Shown here: piece by piece, positions 20,286 through 29,807 of the stretch
Numbering within the stretch: the first letter of the stretch is position 1
How the letters are laid out: every line of letters starts with the position of its first letter
Source of the DNA: Candidatus Wirthbacteria bacterium
GTDB lineage: Bacteria; Patescibacteriota; CG2-30-54-11
Length of the DNA: 64,000 bases
NCBI GenBank assembly: GCA_903889905.1
Contig: CAISZI010000053.1
Location: 74,599 to 138,598 of the forward strand
Direction of reading: 5' to 3'
Position numbers and translations under genes: made by a program
Notes under the pieces: model-generated
Seen by the model: only the letters and a program-made list of their open reading frames with translations
The model's database searches: none
Told to the model about the DNA's origin: nothing

Positions 20286-21089
20286 ATGGGCGAAAACAAT
20301 CGTTTGAACATGTCCGAAGGTGAGTCTGGCAATTTGTCGACAACAGCTGATGTTGAATTTACTGATGCCGATGGTGGTTTGGATGAAGTTGTGGACAGAG
20401 TGGAAGCGGAATTATTACCGTCTACTGAACCATCCGGGCCGCAGCTGGGGCGAGAAGAATTGACAGTGTTGGTCAGCGATATCATCTCCAATCAACCCGC
20501 CGGCGAGAAAGTAATTAGTTTTCAAGAACTAATGCGCCATGCTAGAAGATGGTTATCGAGGCATCTGGCAAGTCAGAGCGGTATTGATACACTACAATCA
20601 TCTGACAAGCAACCTGACCAGGAACGACGGGGAACTAGGAGGATTGAAGGACCGAGCAAGTATGTGCTGCAATTTGTGCAAGATTTGAACCAACATGTCC
20701 ATGACTTCGAACACAAGATTGTCCCTGTTTGGTTGAAAATCAAAGACACTTTTTCACCAGCTGCGCTACAGGGACAGAGTGAAATGCTGGTTGCCCAGGC
20801 AATGACCCAGTTACGTGCAATGGTTATCTTTGAGTTAGACAACTTCAATACAGACACTAATTGGTTGGAACTTTTTGATCTCAAAGAACCCTTGATGGAC
20901 AGGATCTTGAATTCGATGCAGGCATGGGTTAGAACACAAATAGATAAAGAAGCAGCCAGTAAGGACCAACAGTCCGGAAGTCGCAGGCCGCAAGTTGCAG
21001 GTTTGTTTCGTGACAGCTGGAGTTTGGTGCGAGATGCCGTTCGCGATTCAAAATCAGCCTCTGTAAATCTTGGTAAAGCGACGGGATAA
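20286..21089 (+). CDS. Hypothetical protein with acidic N-terminus
   Basis: Clean ORF directly after the radical SAM gene; no motif recognised. Confidence 0.6.
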   Translation: MGENNRLNMSEGESGNLSTTADVEFTDADGGLDEVVDRVEAELLPSTEPSGPQLGREELTVLVSDIISNQPAGEKVISFQELMRHARRWLSRHLASQSGIDTLQSSDKQPDQERRGTRRIEGPSKYVLQFVQDLNQHVHDFEHKIVPVWLKIKDTFSPAALQGQSEMLVAQAMTQLRAMVIFELDNFNTDTNWLELFDLKEPLMDRILNSMQAWVRTQIDKEAASKDQQSGSRRPQVAGLFRDSWSLVRDAVRDSKSASVNLGKATG

Positions 21090-21182
21090 AGTCCAGAGTA
21101 GTTATGTAATGATGTGGATTGTCTGCCTCTATGCAAGTTGAGGCAGTATTAGTACAATGTTTTCGTTGACCAAAAACGATAG

Positions 21183-21268
21183 GATTTACGCTCTCATAGC
21201 TTCCTCCTTCGCTTTGAAGCTTCCGCCGTCGCATGGCTAGGGCGGACAGGACGAAGGACAGGCAGTGG
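21183..21268 (+). pseudogene. tRNA-Arg 5' fragment A interrupted by a nested palindromic element
   Basis: GATTTACGCTCTCATAGCT (21183-21201) matches 21456-21474 with one mismatch; insert at 21202-21262; tRNA sequence resumes as CAGTGG (21263-21268). Confidence 0.7.
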
Positions 21269-21303
21269 TTTTGTAGGTGTACCAGCTTGTAGGTGAAAGC
21301 ATC

Positions 21304-21359
21304 ACGCCCTCATAGCTCAGTGGATAGAGCGGTGGTTTCCTAAACCATGCGCGCAGGTT
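21304..21359 (+). pseudogene. tRNA-Arg 5' fragment B, truncated in the T-loop
   Basis: 56 bp identical to 21461-21516, followed by the hairpin TATCCCGTT-TGC-AACGGGATA. Confidence 0.88.
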
Positions 21360-21462
21360 TATCCCGTTTGCAACGGGATACCCTATAATGGAAATGGCGA
21401 TTCCATCACAGGTTAGAGTGTAATTTAAGTTATTCAGTCGCACATTGAGATGATTGATTTAC

Positions 21463-21537
21463 GCCCTCATAGCTCAGTGGATAGAGCGGTGGTTTCCTAA
21501 ACCATGCGCGCAGGTTCGATTCCTGCTGGGGGCGCCA
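21463..21537 (+). tRNA. tRNA-Arg(CCT)
   Basis: GCCCTCA...GTGGT-TT-CCT-AA-ACCAT...GGTTCGATTCC...TGGGGGC-G-CCA cloverleaf. Confidence 0.95.
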
Positions 21538-21674
21538 AACTACGCCAAGGCTTCGTTTGGCAGGCCATAAAGTTGAAATCGGTGAGTCAACGAGCTTAGT
21601 GAAACTTATCCCTGAAAGCCTGTCATTAGGCTGGAAGGGATCCTTCGCGAATCATTTTTCTTCAAAGGTCCAAT

Positions 21675-22607
21675 ATGTGTGACGGTCTAAACGATCAACT
21701 TCCCGAAAGTGAATTAGAACGTAAGGCCAATGCACTTCTGGATTCTTTTGTGCCACTGGCGTTTAATTTGCCTAAATGGCGCGATGATCCAGAGATGATG
21801 CATTATGAAGTCAAGGCATTGGGAGCCGGAGGAGCTAAAGATGTTGCCACACAGGCAGATAAGCGGATGCAGGCGGCGGTCAAGAAGGCTGTTTTGGCGA
21901 TTGATCCCAAATTGATTTTCAAAGGTGAAGAAGCAGAAGACAAAATCGATTTGACGCAATTCGTTGTTGGTGAAGCTGCCGTCGCTGACCCCGTGGAAGG
22001 GACTAATAATTTTATCGCACGTATGGACGAGGATTGGGGATCGGTTTTGGCAATTGTGGACCTGGAAAACCAGGAACCTTTGATTGGAATTGTTGCTGTT
22101 CCAATGCAACGGAAAGTCTATCTTGGGATCAAGGGATTGGGGGCATGGGTTATCCAGTATGGTGAAAACAATCAGGAAATCAGCCGCAAGCCGATGGAGC
22201 AGGAGCCCGAAAGAAACGAATTTACCTATAATAACAGCCCTCATTTCGAGGCACCCAGGCAGCAACAAATTGATAGGTTTTGGGCTATGGGAAGAGCTGA
22301 GGAGAATGCAGATCAAGATCACGCCAACATGAGGTTAAGAAAACCAGTGACGATCGCGTATGACGGTCAATTAATGCGTTTTGTCGATCGGGAAAGTGGC
22401 GCTCTGGAAGCAGTGCAGTCACTTGGTACGATTTATTTCAAAACTGACGATGAAATGGCGGCTGTGGCTGTCATTTTGAAAGAACTAGGCGGTATGGTCA
22501 CGGATGGCGAAGGACGGCCATGGCATCCGGGTTTTAGTTCGATGATCTGCGCCCGGACTCCGGAAATCTGGGCTGTGTTGAAAGCTATTTATGATCAGAC
22601 AAAATAG
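21675..22607 (+). CDS. Inositol monophosphatase (FIG) superfamily protein, divergent
   Basis: DVATQAD, GEE, ADPVEGTNNF, ELGGMVTD.EG. Confidence 0.75.
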   Translation: MCDGLNDQLPESELERKANALLDSFVPLAFNLPKWRDDPEMMHYEVKALGAGGAKDVATQADKRMQAAVKKAVLAIDPKLIFKGEEAEDKIDLTQFVVGEAAVADPVEGTNNFIARMDEDWGSVLAIVDLENQEPLIGIVAVPMQRKVYLGIKGLGAWVIQYGENNQEISRKPMEQEPERNEFTYNNSPHFEAPRQQQIDRFWAMGRAEENADQDHANMRLRKPVTIAYDGQLMRFVDRESGALEAVQSLGTIYFKTDDEMAAVAVILKELGGMVTDGEGRPWHPGFSSMICARTPEIWAVLKAIYDQTK

Positions 22608-22663
22608 GATGGTTTGATATTTGAGGTTTAACAAAACCTCGGCCATTAATACTAAGGAGTGAC

Positions 22664-23125
22664 ATGATTGATCCCTTGGTTGAAGCTTACAGCACTGAGC
22701 TTAAAGCGTTAAATATCGAACATACCATTTTGGAGCATCCGGCGCTGGTGGATGCTAGGGAAGTGCAAAAGTTATTCGGTTTGACTGTGGCGGATGCCTG
22801 CCCGACACTGATCATGAAAGCAGATGATCAGTTTGTGGCGATTGTTAAAAGAGGCGACTGCCGGCTGGACAACAAGAAAATCAAAGCCATTCTGAACACC
22901 TCAAGTTTGCGGATGGCGACCAAGGAAGAATTTGAGGAACTCACCAAACTCCCGATTGGAACAGCGCGGGTTTTGGTGCCAGGTGTCAAAACACTGTTGG
23001 ACCAAAAGCTGTTTGAAAAAGAATATTTGAACGGCGGAACTGGCAGCCTTACTTGTACTTTCAAATACAGGACTGAGGATTTGAAGAAACTTCCAAATAG
23101 TACTGTCGTTGACCTTGCGGAGTAA
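22664..23125 (+). CDS. YbaK/ProX-family aminoacyl-tRNA deacylase-like protein
   Basis: EHP, TLIMK, LRMATKEEFEELT..PIG, GGTG pattern. Confidence 0.8.
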   Translation: MIDPLVEAYSTELKALNIEHTILEHPALVDAREVQKLFGLTVADACPTLIMKADDQFVAIVKRGDCRLDNKKIKAILNTSSLRMATKEEFEELTKLPIGTARVLVPGVKTLLDQKLFEKEYLNGGTGSLTCTFKYRTEDLKKLPNSTVVDLAE

Positions 23126-23128
23126 TTT

Positions 23129-23488
23129 GTGATTGCCACCCAAAATTCCCTCAAAATCAACCTTACCGCAATCCCGACCGAAACCGGGCATCATGAGACG
23201 GTGTTTAAAAAAGTGCTGATCAACAAACCACACGGTTTGGGTGAAATCCAGACCATGAACCATGTCTATCTCAAGTCCGGTATGGTGGTGGAACCGCATG
23301 TGCATGAGACGGACAAAGAGTTTTACCTCTTCTTGGACGGTAGTGGGGTGATGGTACTTGGCGAGGAGCGGTTTGAGGTTGGCATGGGTGACTTTGTCGA
23401 GATTCCGGTGGGGAAAACCCATTCCATTGATAATACTGGAATTAAGGATTTGGTTTTGATTTCATTACGTGTTCGTTTAGCAGATTAA
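23129..23488 (+). CDS. Cupin domain protein
   Basis: PHVHETDKEFY...G.G, GDFVEIPVGKTHSIDNTG. Confidence 0.85.
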   Translation: MIATQNSLKINLTAIPTETGHHETVFKKVLINKPHGLGEIQTMNHVYLKSGMVVEPHVHETDKEFYLFLDGSGVMVLGEERFEVGMGDFVEIPVGKTHSIDNTGIKDLVLISLRVRLAD

Positions 23489-23500
23489 TTGGATTTAAAT

Positions 23501-24187
23501 ATGAACTTGCAAAATAAAGTCATTGTCCTCACCGGTGCCAGCAAAGGTTTGGGTCGTGAAATGGCGCTCCTGATGGCCAAAGCGGGTGCCAAGCTTGTCT
23601 TGAGCTCTCGTGCGCATGAGCATCTTAAATTGGTGGCGCAGGAAACCGGTGGGTTTGCGCTGCTGGCCGATGTCAGCAATGAACACGACGTGATGCGGCT
23701 GGCCGAAACGGCGGTGGAACATTTTGGGCGGATTGACGTGTGGATCAACAACGCCGGCATCTGGATTCCGCATGCCGAAATCGAGGTGCTGGATACGGCC
23801 AAAGTCCTGCAAATGATGCAGGTCAATGTCATGGGCACGATTTATGGTTCCAAGGCAGCCTATATCCAGATGAAACGCCAGGGCGGAAGCGGCACGATCG
23901 TCAACATTCTCTCGACGAGTGCGCTGGCGGGACGTCCTTTTTCGGCCGGTTATTGTGCCTCCAAGTGGGCGGTACGTGGGTTTACCGAATCGTTGCAGGC
24001 AGAAGCGAAGGGGACTGGCATTGACGTGGTGGCGGTGTATCCGGGCGGCATGCAAACGCATTTTTTTGATGAACAAAAACCTGCTGATTATGACACTTAC
24101 ATGAATCCAGCCGAGGTGGCTGGCAAAATCGTTCAACATCTGGAGGCCAAGGAGCTTGGTCTGGAGTTAATCCTCCGGCGGGGGTAG
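23501..24187 (+). CDS. Short-chain dehydrogenase/reductase
   Basis: TGASKGLG, NNAG, S...YCASK, PGG. Confidence 0.92.
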   Translation: MNLQNKVIVLTGASKGLGREMALLMAKAGAKLVLSSRAHEHLKLVAQETGGFALLADVSNEHDVMRLAETAVEHFGRIDVWINNAGIWIPHAEIEVLDTAKVLQMMQVNVMGTIYGSKAAYIQMKRQGGSGTIVNILSTSALAGRPFSAGYCASKWAVRGFTESLQAEAKGTGIDVVAVYPGGMQTHFFDEQKPADYDTYMNPAEVAGKIVQHLEAKELGLELILRRG

Positions 24188-24259
24188 ATTCTTCATCAAA
24201 TGTGCATGAAATACTGCTATCAATAGAGTGGTGGGAATTTTATCAATTGGGGATTGTTT

Positions 24260-24496
24260 ATGGCAAACAAAGACAAAAAGTTTTTGGCAGTGGGTCTGGC
24301 TGCTGTCGCGGTGGTGGTATTCGGGGTGATTGCCCTGACTTCACCCAAAAGCCCGTCGGCCAGCGATACTTTGGCCATGCAAACGGCGGCTGCCGCGAGC
24401 GGGAGTTCTGCGACAACGCCTTTTGCTAACATGGGTGCGGTGGATACCGGATCCTCTCCATCCATGTCGAGTAGCAGCTTGAGTGTGGGGAAGTAA
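24260..24496 (+). CDS. Small membrane-anchored Ser/Ala-rich protein
   Basis: Basic N-terminus, one hydrophobic helix, low-complexity tail. Confidence 0.55.
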   Translation: MANKDKKFLAVGLAAVAVVVFGVIALTSPKSPSASDTLAMQTAAAASGSSATTPFANMGAVDTGSSPSMSSSSLSVGK

Positions 24497-24526
24497 TTTC
24501 CTAAAACTGTAACTGGAGTAAACCCG

Positions 24527-25432
24527 ATGAAAATCGCAGTCGTTGGCGCCGGCGGTGTGGGCGGTTTTTTTGCCGCTGCCATGTCTCGTGGCGGGCTGGA
24601 TGTGACGCTGGTGGCACGCGGAGAACATGGCGAAGTTATCAGCAAAAACGGCCTGCTGGTCAAAGATTGTGATGGTGATTTTGTCGCGCGACCTCGGGTT
24701 GTGGCGAGTTGTACCGACTTGGAAGCGATGGATGTGATTTTCCTGACCGTTAAATCTTATGATCTGGTTGCGGTTGCTGACAGCTTGCGCCGGGCAGTTA
24801 ATGCTAAGACGATAATCGTGACGCTGCAAAATGGTATCGATAATGCCGACATTGTCCACAAGGCATTGCCACAGGCGCAGGTTTGTCCTGGGGTTGCGTA
24901 CATTATCGGTGAAAAGTTGGCGGCGGGAATTGTCGGGAGCAGTGGCCAGCGGCGGATGATTTTTGGCGATGCGCACAAGCAAAATAATGCCAAATTGCGA
25001 GCACTCGCGGATCGTCTGCAACAGGCGGGAGTGAACGCGGTCTATGCCTCAGAGATCATGGCCGAAATCTGGTCCAAATTCATCCTGATTGTAGCCAGAG
25101 CTGGGATGACGTCGGTTTGTCGCAGTTCGATTGGCCGCATTGTTGACGACCCGCTGGCGCATGATTTGTATCTTCGTACTGCCCGCGAGGCGTTGCTTGT
25201 TGCACAAGCCATGGGTGTTGCGTTGGACGACAGTGTCCTCGATCTGGTGCTGAATATTGGCGTGAGGTCTGATCCGCATTCCAAATCTTCCATGCTGGTG
25301 GACATCGAACATGGCCGACCAACTGAAGTGGAAGGCATTCATGGCACGTTGGTCAGGTTGGCCAAAGAGCAAGGGATTGCCGTGCCGCTCAATGAAATGA
25401 TTTGTGCAGCAATCCGATTGGGGACGAAATAA
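24527..25432 (+). CDS. panE: 2-dehydropantoate 2-reductase (ApbA/PanE family)
   Basis: GAGGVG, ARG, VKSYD, LQNG, W.K, SSMLVD...GRPTEVEGIHG. Confidence 0.88.
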   Translation: MKIAVVGAGGVGGFFAAAMSRGGLDVTLVARGEHGEVISKNGLLVKDCDGDFVARPRVVASCTDLEAMDVIFLTVKSYDLVAVADSLRRAVNAKTIIVTLQNGIDNADIVHKALPQAQVCPGVAYIIGEKLAAGIVGSSGQRRMIFGDAHKQNNAKLRALADRLQQAGVNAVYASEIMAEIWSKFILIVARAGMTSVCRSSIGRIVDDPLAHDLYLRTAREALLVAQAMGVALDDSVLDLVLNIGVRSDPHSKSSMLVDIEHGRPTEVEGIHGTLVRLAKEQGIAVPLNEMICAAIRLGTK

Positions 25433-25595
25433 AGCTTGCAACCCTTCATGAAACCTCCACAAAAACTTGATAAATGTTAATTAATTTATGGATGGGATGA
25501 TGCGTATGAGTATGCCGCGCTGGTTGTTTGCAGCGGTAAAAGCGAAGTGTTACAGTACTTGCACCTTAAAGTCACAAGCATAGGAGTATGGAAAA

Positions 25596-26501
25596 ATGAC
25601 GATCTACAATGATATCACCCAGAACAAACGCAATTCCTACCTGCTGATGGCCGTGTTCATGCTAGTGATCATGGCGATCGGGTGGGCGTTTGGGCAGGTC
25701 ATGGGTTCCACTGCGACGGGGATGACGATTGCTTTTGTGTTTGCATCGGTGTCGGCGTTGATCAGTTATTTTTATTCCGACAAGATTGCCTTAAGCATTT
25801 CACATGCCCAGGAAGTGGACTTGCAAAGCGACCGGGATTTGTTCCACCTCATGGAAAATCTCTGTATCGCGACCGGGTTGCCTATGCCCAAGCTCTACAT
25901 CATCAACGACAGTGCGCCCAATGCCTTTGCTACGGGCCGCGATCCCCAGCATGCCGCCATCTGTGTGACCACGGGGTTACTGCAGAAAATGGAAAAACGT
26001 GAACTCGAGGGAGTACTGGCGCATGAACTATCTCACGTCAAAAACTACGACACGCGCATGATGACTATGGTGGTTGTGCTGGTGGGTGTGGTGGCATTGC
26101 TTTCCGACTGGATGTTGCGGTTTACGATGTTTGGCGGGTCGCGTCGTCGGAGCAATCGTAATGGTGATGACGGGGGTGGATTGCAAGTTGTTTTTCTTTT
26201 GCTGGGAATTCTGCTGGCGATTCTGGCACCGATTATTGCGACCTTGATCAAGATGGCGATCTCGCGTCAGCGTGAATACCTGGCCGATGCCTCGGCTGCC
26301 CTGATCACGCGTTATCCCGAAGGTCTGGCGAGCGCACTGCAAAAAATTGGTGGAGACCCGGCGCCGCTCAAGGAAGCCAACAAGGCAACGTCGCATCTCT
26401 ATATCGCCAATCCGCTCAAGGACCACAAATCCTCGCTGAATAACCTGTTTGACACCCATCCACCCTTGGAGGACCGGATTGCACGGCTCAGGGCCATGTA
26501 A
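25596..26501 (+). CDS. htpX: M48 zinc metalloprotease HtpX
   Basis: PNAFATG, AHELSH, SRQREYLAD, THPP. Confidence 0.93.
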   Translation: MTIYNDITQNKRNSYLLMAVFMLVIMAIGWAFGQVMGSTATGMTIAFVFASVSALISYFYSDKIALSISHAQEVDLQSDRDLFHLMENLCIATGLPMPKLYIINDSAPNAFATGRDPQHAAICVTTGLLQKMEKRELEGVLAHELSHVKNYDTRMMTMVVVLVGVVALLSDWMLRFTMFGGSRRRSNRNGDDGGGLQVVFLLLGILLAILAPIIATLIKMAISRQREYLADASAALITRYPEGLASALQKIGGDPAPLKEANKATSHLYIANPLKDHKSSLNNLFDTHPPLEDRIARLRAM

Positions 26502-26523
26502 GAGACGGAAACGAAGTTTATAA

Positions 26524-26581
26524 TCCTCCTTCGCCCAGGCACTTCCACCTTCGCATGGCTTCGGTGGACAGGACGGAGGAC
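26524..26581. repeat. Nested TCC...GGAC palindromic element
   Basis: Same outer (TCCTCCTTCGC) and 29-nt inner architecture as 21202-21262. Confidence 0.7.
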
Positions 26582-26628
26582 TTAACGAAGGGAATCGAGT
26601 TTTAAAGTTATAAAGTGGGAAGAGGGGA

Positions 26629-27459
26629 ATGGGGAAGCGTGTTTTGGGGTTGGCACTACTGACGGTAGGGTTGTTTGCGGGTTGTTCGACGCAAGCGGAG
26701 AACAATCCCCGGAATTCTGCGACTGCAGTTGATCAGAGTGTAAATTCGACCACGGCCAAACCCAAACCAGCGGAAGTCTGGCGTTTCGTGGTATTGGGCG
26801 ATACGCATGGTGATACCGACCAATTTCCGGCGCTCTTGAAGCAAATTCAGGCCGACAAACCCGAATTCGTGATCGATGTCGGTGATTTGACCAAAGTGGG
26901 TGGAAGTGACGAGTTCAAAATTGCCAAAGCGCAGTTTGATGGTTTGGGTATACCTTATGACGCTGTTCCCGGCGATCACGATATTGTGACGGGCAAGGGG
27001 TTAAAGTATTTCACACCAGCGTTTGGTAAGGATTACCAGTCGTTCATGGCACATGGGTTGCAGTTTGTCCTGGTTGACAATGCTGACCTGATTCGCGGCA
27101 TGACAACTCAGCAGTGGACGTTTTTGGATCAGCTTCCCAGCAACCTGACGACCTTTGTCCTGCTGCACCATCCTCCCAGTCATCCGTTGTTCAAAATGCA
27201 TACCATGCAGGAAACCGCTCAAGGTGCCATCGATGAAAAACGGCTGCAGACTTGGATACTCAAGCACAACGTGAGACAAGTTGTGGCCGGTGAAATGCAC
27301 TTGTTTCAGCAATATGCGCTGGAGGGCGGGATTCCGCTCACGGTCGTGGGGGCTGCCGGAAAGTATGACAATCCGGGCGAAGACCAGTACGTGCTGGTGC
27401 AGTTTTACACTGACCAGACCTGGACTATCAAACAAAAAGTCCTGGGTCAGTCACCTTGA
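26629..27459 (+). CDS. Calcineurin-like metallophosphoesterase, lipoprotein
   Basis: Lipobox FAGC; GDTH, GDL, PGDHD, HHP, AGEMH. Confidence 0.85.
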   Translation: MGKRVLGLALLTVGLFAGCSTQAENNPRNSATAVDQSVNSTTAKPKPAEVWRFVVLGDTHGDTDQFPALLKQIQADKPEFVIDVGDLTKVGGSDEFKIAKAQFDGLGIPYDAVPGDHDIVTGKGLKYFTPAFGKDYQSFMAHGLQFVLVDNADLIRGMTTQQWTFLDQLPSNLTTFVLLHHPPSHPLFKMHTMQETAQGAIDEKRLQTWILKHNVRQVVAGEMHLFQQYALEGGIPLTVVGAAGKYDNPGEDQYVLVQFYTDQTWTIKQKVLGQSP

Positions 27460-27525
27460 AATAGCACTTTCACAAATTTTCGCGCACGCTATAATAGTTC
27501 CGCTTTATGTTTATTCTCGAGCCAC

Positions 27526-28329
27526 ATGACAGACACCCAAGTCACGACCAAGAAAGTTAACCGTACCGAAGCTCTGGCGAGCGCATTTGTGCTGAGCGCT
27601 GGTTTGGCGTTGTTCCTGAGTGCTGATAAACCACAGGTCGTGGTACTCGCTGCGGCTTTGCTGTTGTTGCCACTGATTGCCAGCCTGTGGGTGATGAAAG
27701 TGCCGATCCGTCGTTTTGCACTGAACAAACTGGAGGTATATGCGCTGCCGATTTTGCCGGTGCTGCTCTACGGGGCGATGCTTTTTTTCCTGCACGAGAT
27801 TCGGCTGATGCTGTTTGCCTGGGCCTGGGTCATTGCTGACATTCCGCTGTTTTATCTGATGTTCATCACCCAAAGTGCGCTGGAAAGATACCAGAGTCTG
27901 CCAACCCACGTCGGGCGTGTGGTCCTCAATATCCTGTCGTTGTTTACCGGCTACATGGGCTACAGTTTTTTATTTAATCAGGGTTTTCCGATTTGGCTGC
28001 TGATGGGATTGGTGTTTGGGTTCACGGCACTGATCGGTCTGCAGGCGATGTTGTGGTGGAACAGCGGCAATGTGAGGTATTCACTGTTTTATGCGGCATT
28101 TACGGCTTTTTGGCAAAGCGTGCTTGCTTTACTGCTGTGCTTGTGGCCGGTCGGTCACTTTGTGCTTGGGGTGATCATGTTGATTGGGCTTTACCTGCTG
28201 ATGGGCCTGATCCAGAATTACTTCAAGAAAACGCTCACCCGGTATGTCGTGATCGAGCACCTCGTTGTAACCATGATGATGTTAATATTTATTTTAAGTC
28301 AGGTTGTTTGGATACCACACTTTGATTAG
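27526..28329 (+). CDS. Polytopic membrane protein (possibly DUF5656-like)
   Basis: About nine hydrophobic segments; family suggestion from overall pattern only. Confidence 0.65.
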   Translation: MTDTQVTTKKVNRTEALASAFVLSAGLALFLSADKPQVVVLAAALLLLPLIASLWVMKVPIRRFALNKLEVYALPILPVLLYGAMLFFLHEIRLMLFAWAWVIADIPLFYLMFITQSALERYQSLPTHVGRVVLNILSLFTGYMGYSFLFNQGFPIWLLMGLVFGFTALIGLQAMLWWNSGNVRYSLFYAAFTAFWQSVLALLLCLWPVGHFVLGVIMLIGLYLLMGLIQNYFKKTLTRYVVIEHLVVTMMMLIFILSQVVWIPHFD

Positions 28330-28351
28330 TGCTACATAAGGAGAAACCAAC

Positions 28352-29731
28352 ATGGATAATCCCAATCCCATTCCGTCTGTTCCGCCCGTTACCGTTCCCG
28401 TTAGCTCCCCGTTGCCTCCACTTTTTGCACCAGCGCCACCACTAACTGCCAAATCACGTCGCGGTCCTTCGCTTTTTGTTGTCGCTCTGCTCAGTATTGT
28501 CGTGGGTGGGGTAGCCGGTGTACTGGCCTCCGGGGCATTGCTTTTTTATGCCATGCAAAATCCCAATGTGATCAAAAAATTCCAGCCGATCAGTGACTTG
28601 CTGCAAACTGTCAATATCGCCCCCAGCAGCAAAAGTGTGTCGCAGGTGACTCTTCAGGAAGAATCCGATGTGACCAAGGTGGCCAAAGACGCCAATCCGG
28701 CGGTGGTCAGCATTGTCGGTACGATTCAGTCCACGACGCAATCTTTCTTTTTTAATCAGGGTTCGTCAGCGGGGCAGGAATCGGGTACCGGTTTCATTAT
28801 CGACAAAGCCAAGGGGCTGATTTTAACCAACCGGCATGTGGTGCAGGATACAGCCAGTTATCAGGTCATCACCAGTTCAGGTGATACCATTGCTTTGGAT
28901 GCCAAGAATATTTTCATTGATCCGGTCAATGACCTGGCCATTGTCAAAGTGACTTTCCCTGACCCGTCCAAGGTCAGCCAGCTCACACTGGGAGATTCGG
29001 TTGGCCTTGTCCCGGGCCAGAAAGTTATTGCCATTGGCAATGCGCTTGGCCAGTTCAGCAACACGGTCACGACCGGTGTGGTCAGCGCCCTGGGTCGCGA
29101 AGTTGACGTAAGCAGTACGCTTGGCCAGACGGGAGAGTCTCTGGTCAACATGGTGCAGACCGATGCCGCGATCAATCCCGGCAACAGTGGTGGCCCACTT
29201 TTGAATGTACTGGGCCAGGTGATTGGCATTAATACCGCCATTGCCGGTTCCGCTCAGAATATTGGCTTTGCTATTCCGATTGATGATGTCAAAGTGGCGC
29301 TGGAGAGCTATTTGCTCAATGGCACGATTATCCGTCCCTACCTGGGAGTTCAGTATGTGACCATAACCAAGGACCTTGCTTCGGTCAACAAATTGCCAGT
29401 GACCAACGGCGCCTATGTGAGCAGCGTGGTGAGTGGCGGACCTGCGGACAAGGCGGGAATCAAGGCAAGCGATATTGTCACCAAAATTAACGACAACACA
29501 TTGGACGAAACCAATAACCTGATTGCCATAATCCAAAAATTCCAGGTGGATGATGTGGTCTCTGTCACTTATCAGCATCCTGATGATCCCAATAGCAAGA
29601 CACCCATATACACCAGCAAAACCGTCAATGTGACGCTGCAAAAAAGGCAAGTAGCGTCGACAACCACACCAACCGTGACCCAGAAACAACAGCTTTCACC
29701 GCAGGATTTATTCAACTCTCTGCTGCCCTGA
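28352..29731 (+). CDS. htrA: HtrA/DegP-like serine protease with PDZ domain
   Basis: N-terminal TM helix, GTGFII, TNRHV, DLA, QTDAAINPGNSGGPL, PDZ (YLGV...GGPA). Confidence 0.92.
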   Translation: MDNPNPIPSVPPVTVPVSSPLPPLFAPAPPLTAKSRRGPSLFVVALLSIVVGGVAGVLASGALLFYAMQNPNVIKKFQPISDLLQTVNIAPSSKSVSQVTLQEESDVTKVAKDANPAVVSIVGTIQSTTQSFFFNQGSSAGQESGTGFIIDKAKGLILTNRHVVQDTASYQVITSSGDTIALDAKNIFIDPVNDLAIVKVTFPDPSKVSQLTLGDSVGLVPGQKVIAIGNALGQFSNTVTTGVVSALGREVDVSSTLGQTGESLVNMVQTDAAINPGNSGGPLLNVLGQVIGINTAIAGSAQNIGFAIPIDDVKVALESYLLNGTIIRPYLGVQYVTITKDLASVNKLPVTNGAYVSSVVSGGPADKAGIKASDIVTKINDNTLDETNNLIAIIQKFQVDDVVSVTYQHPDDPNSKTPIYTSKTVNVTLQKRQVASTTTPTVTQKQQLSPQDLFNSLLP

Positions 29732-29807
29732 TTGATTTTCTTTCAAGTCATCCCCACCCGCGGGATGACTTTTGGGTTTGGATGCTAAACTTACGATGAG
29801 GTTTGGG

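Noticed and set aside
21304-21537. Intron-containing or split tRNA-Arg
   Set aside because: The 5' part is duplicated and the downstream copy is complete by itself; the 101-nt spacer is too short for a group I or II intron
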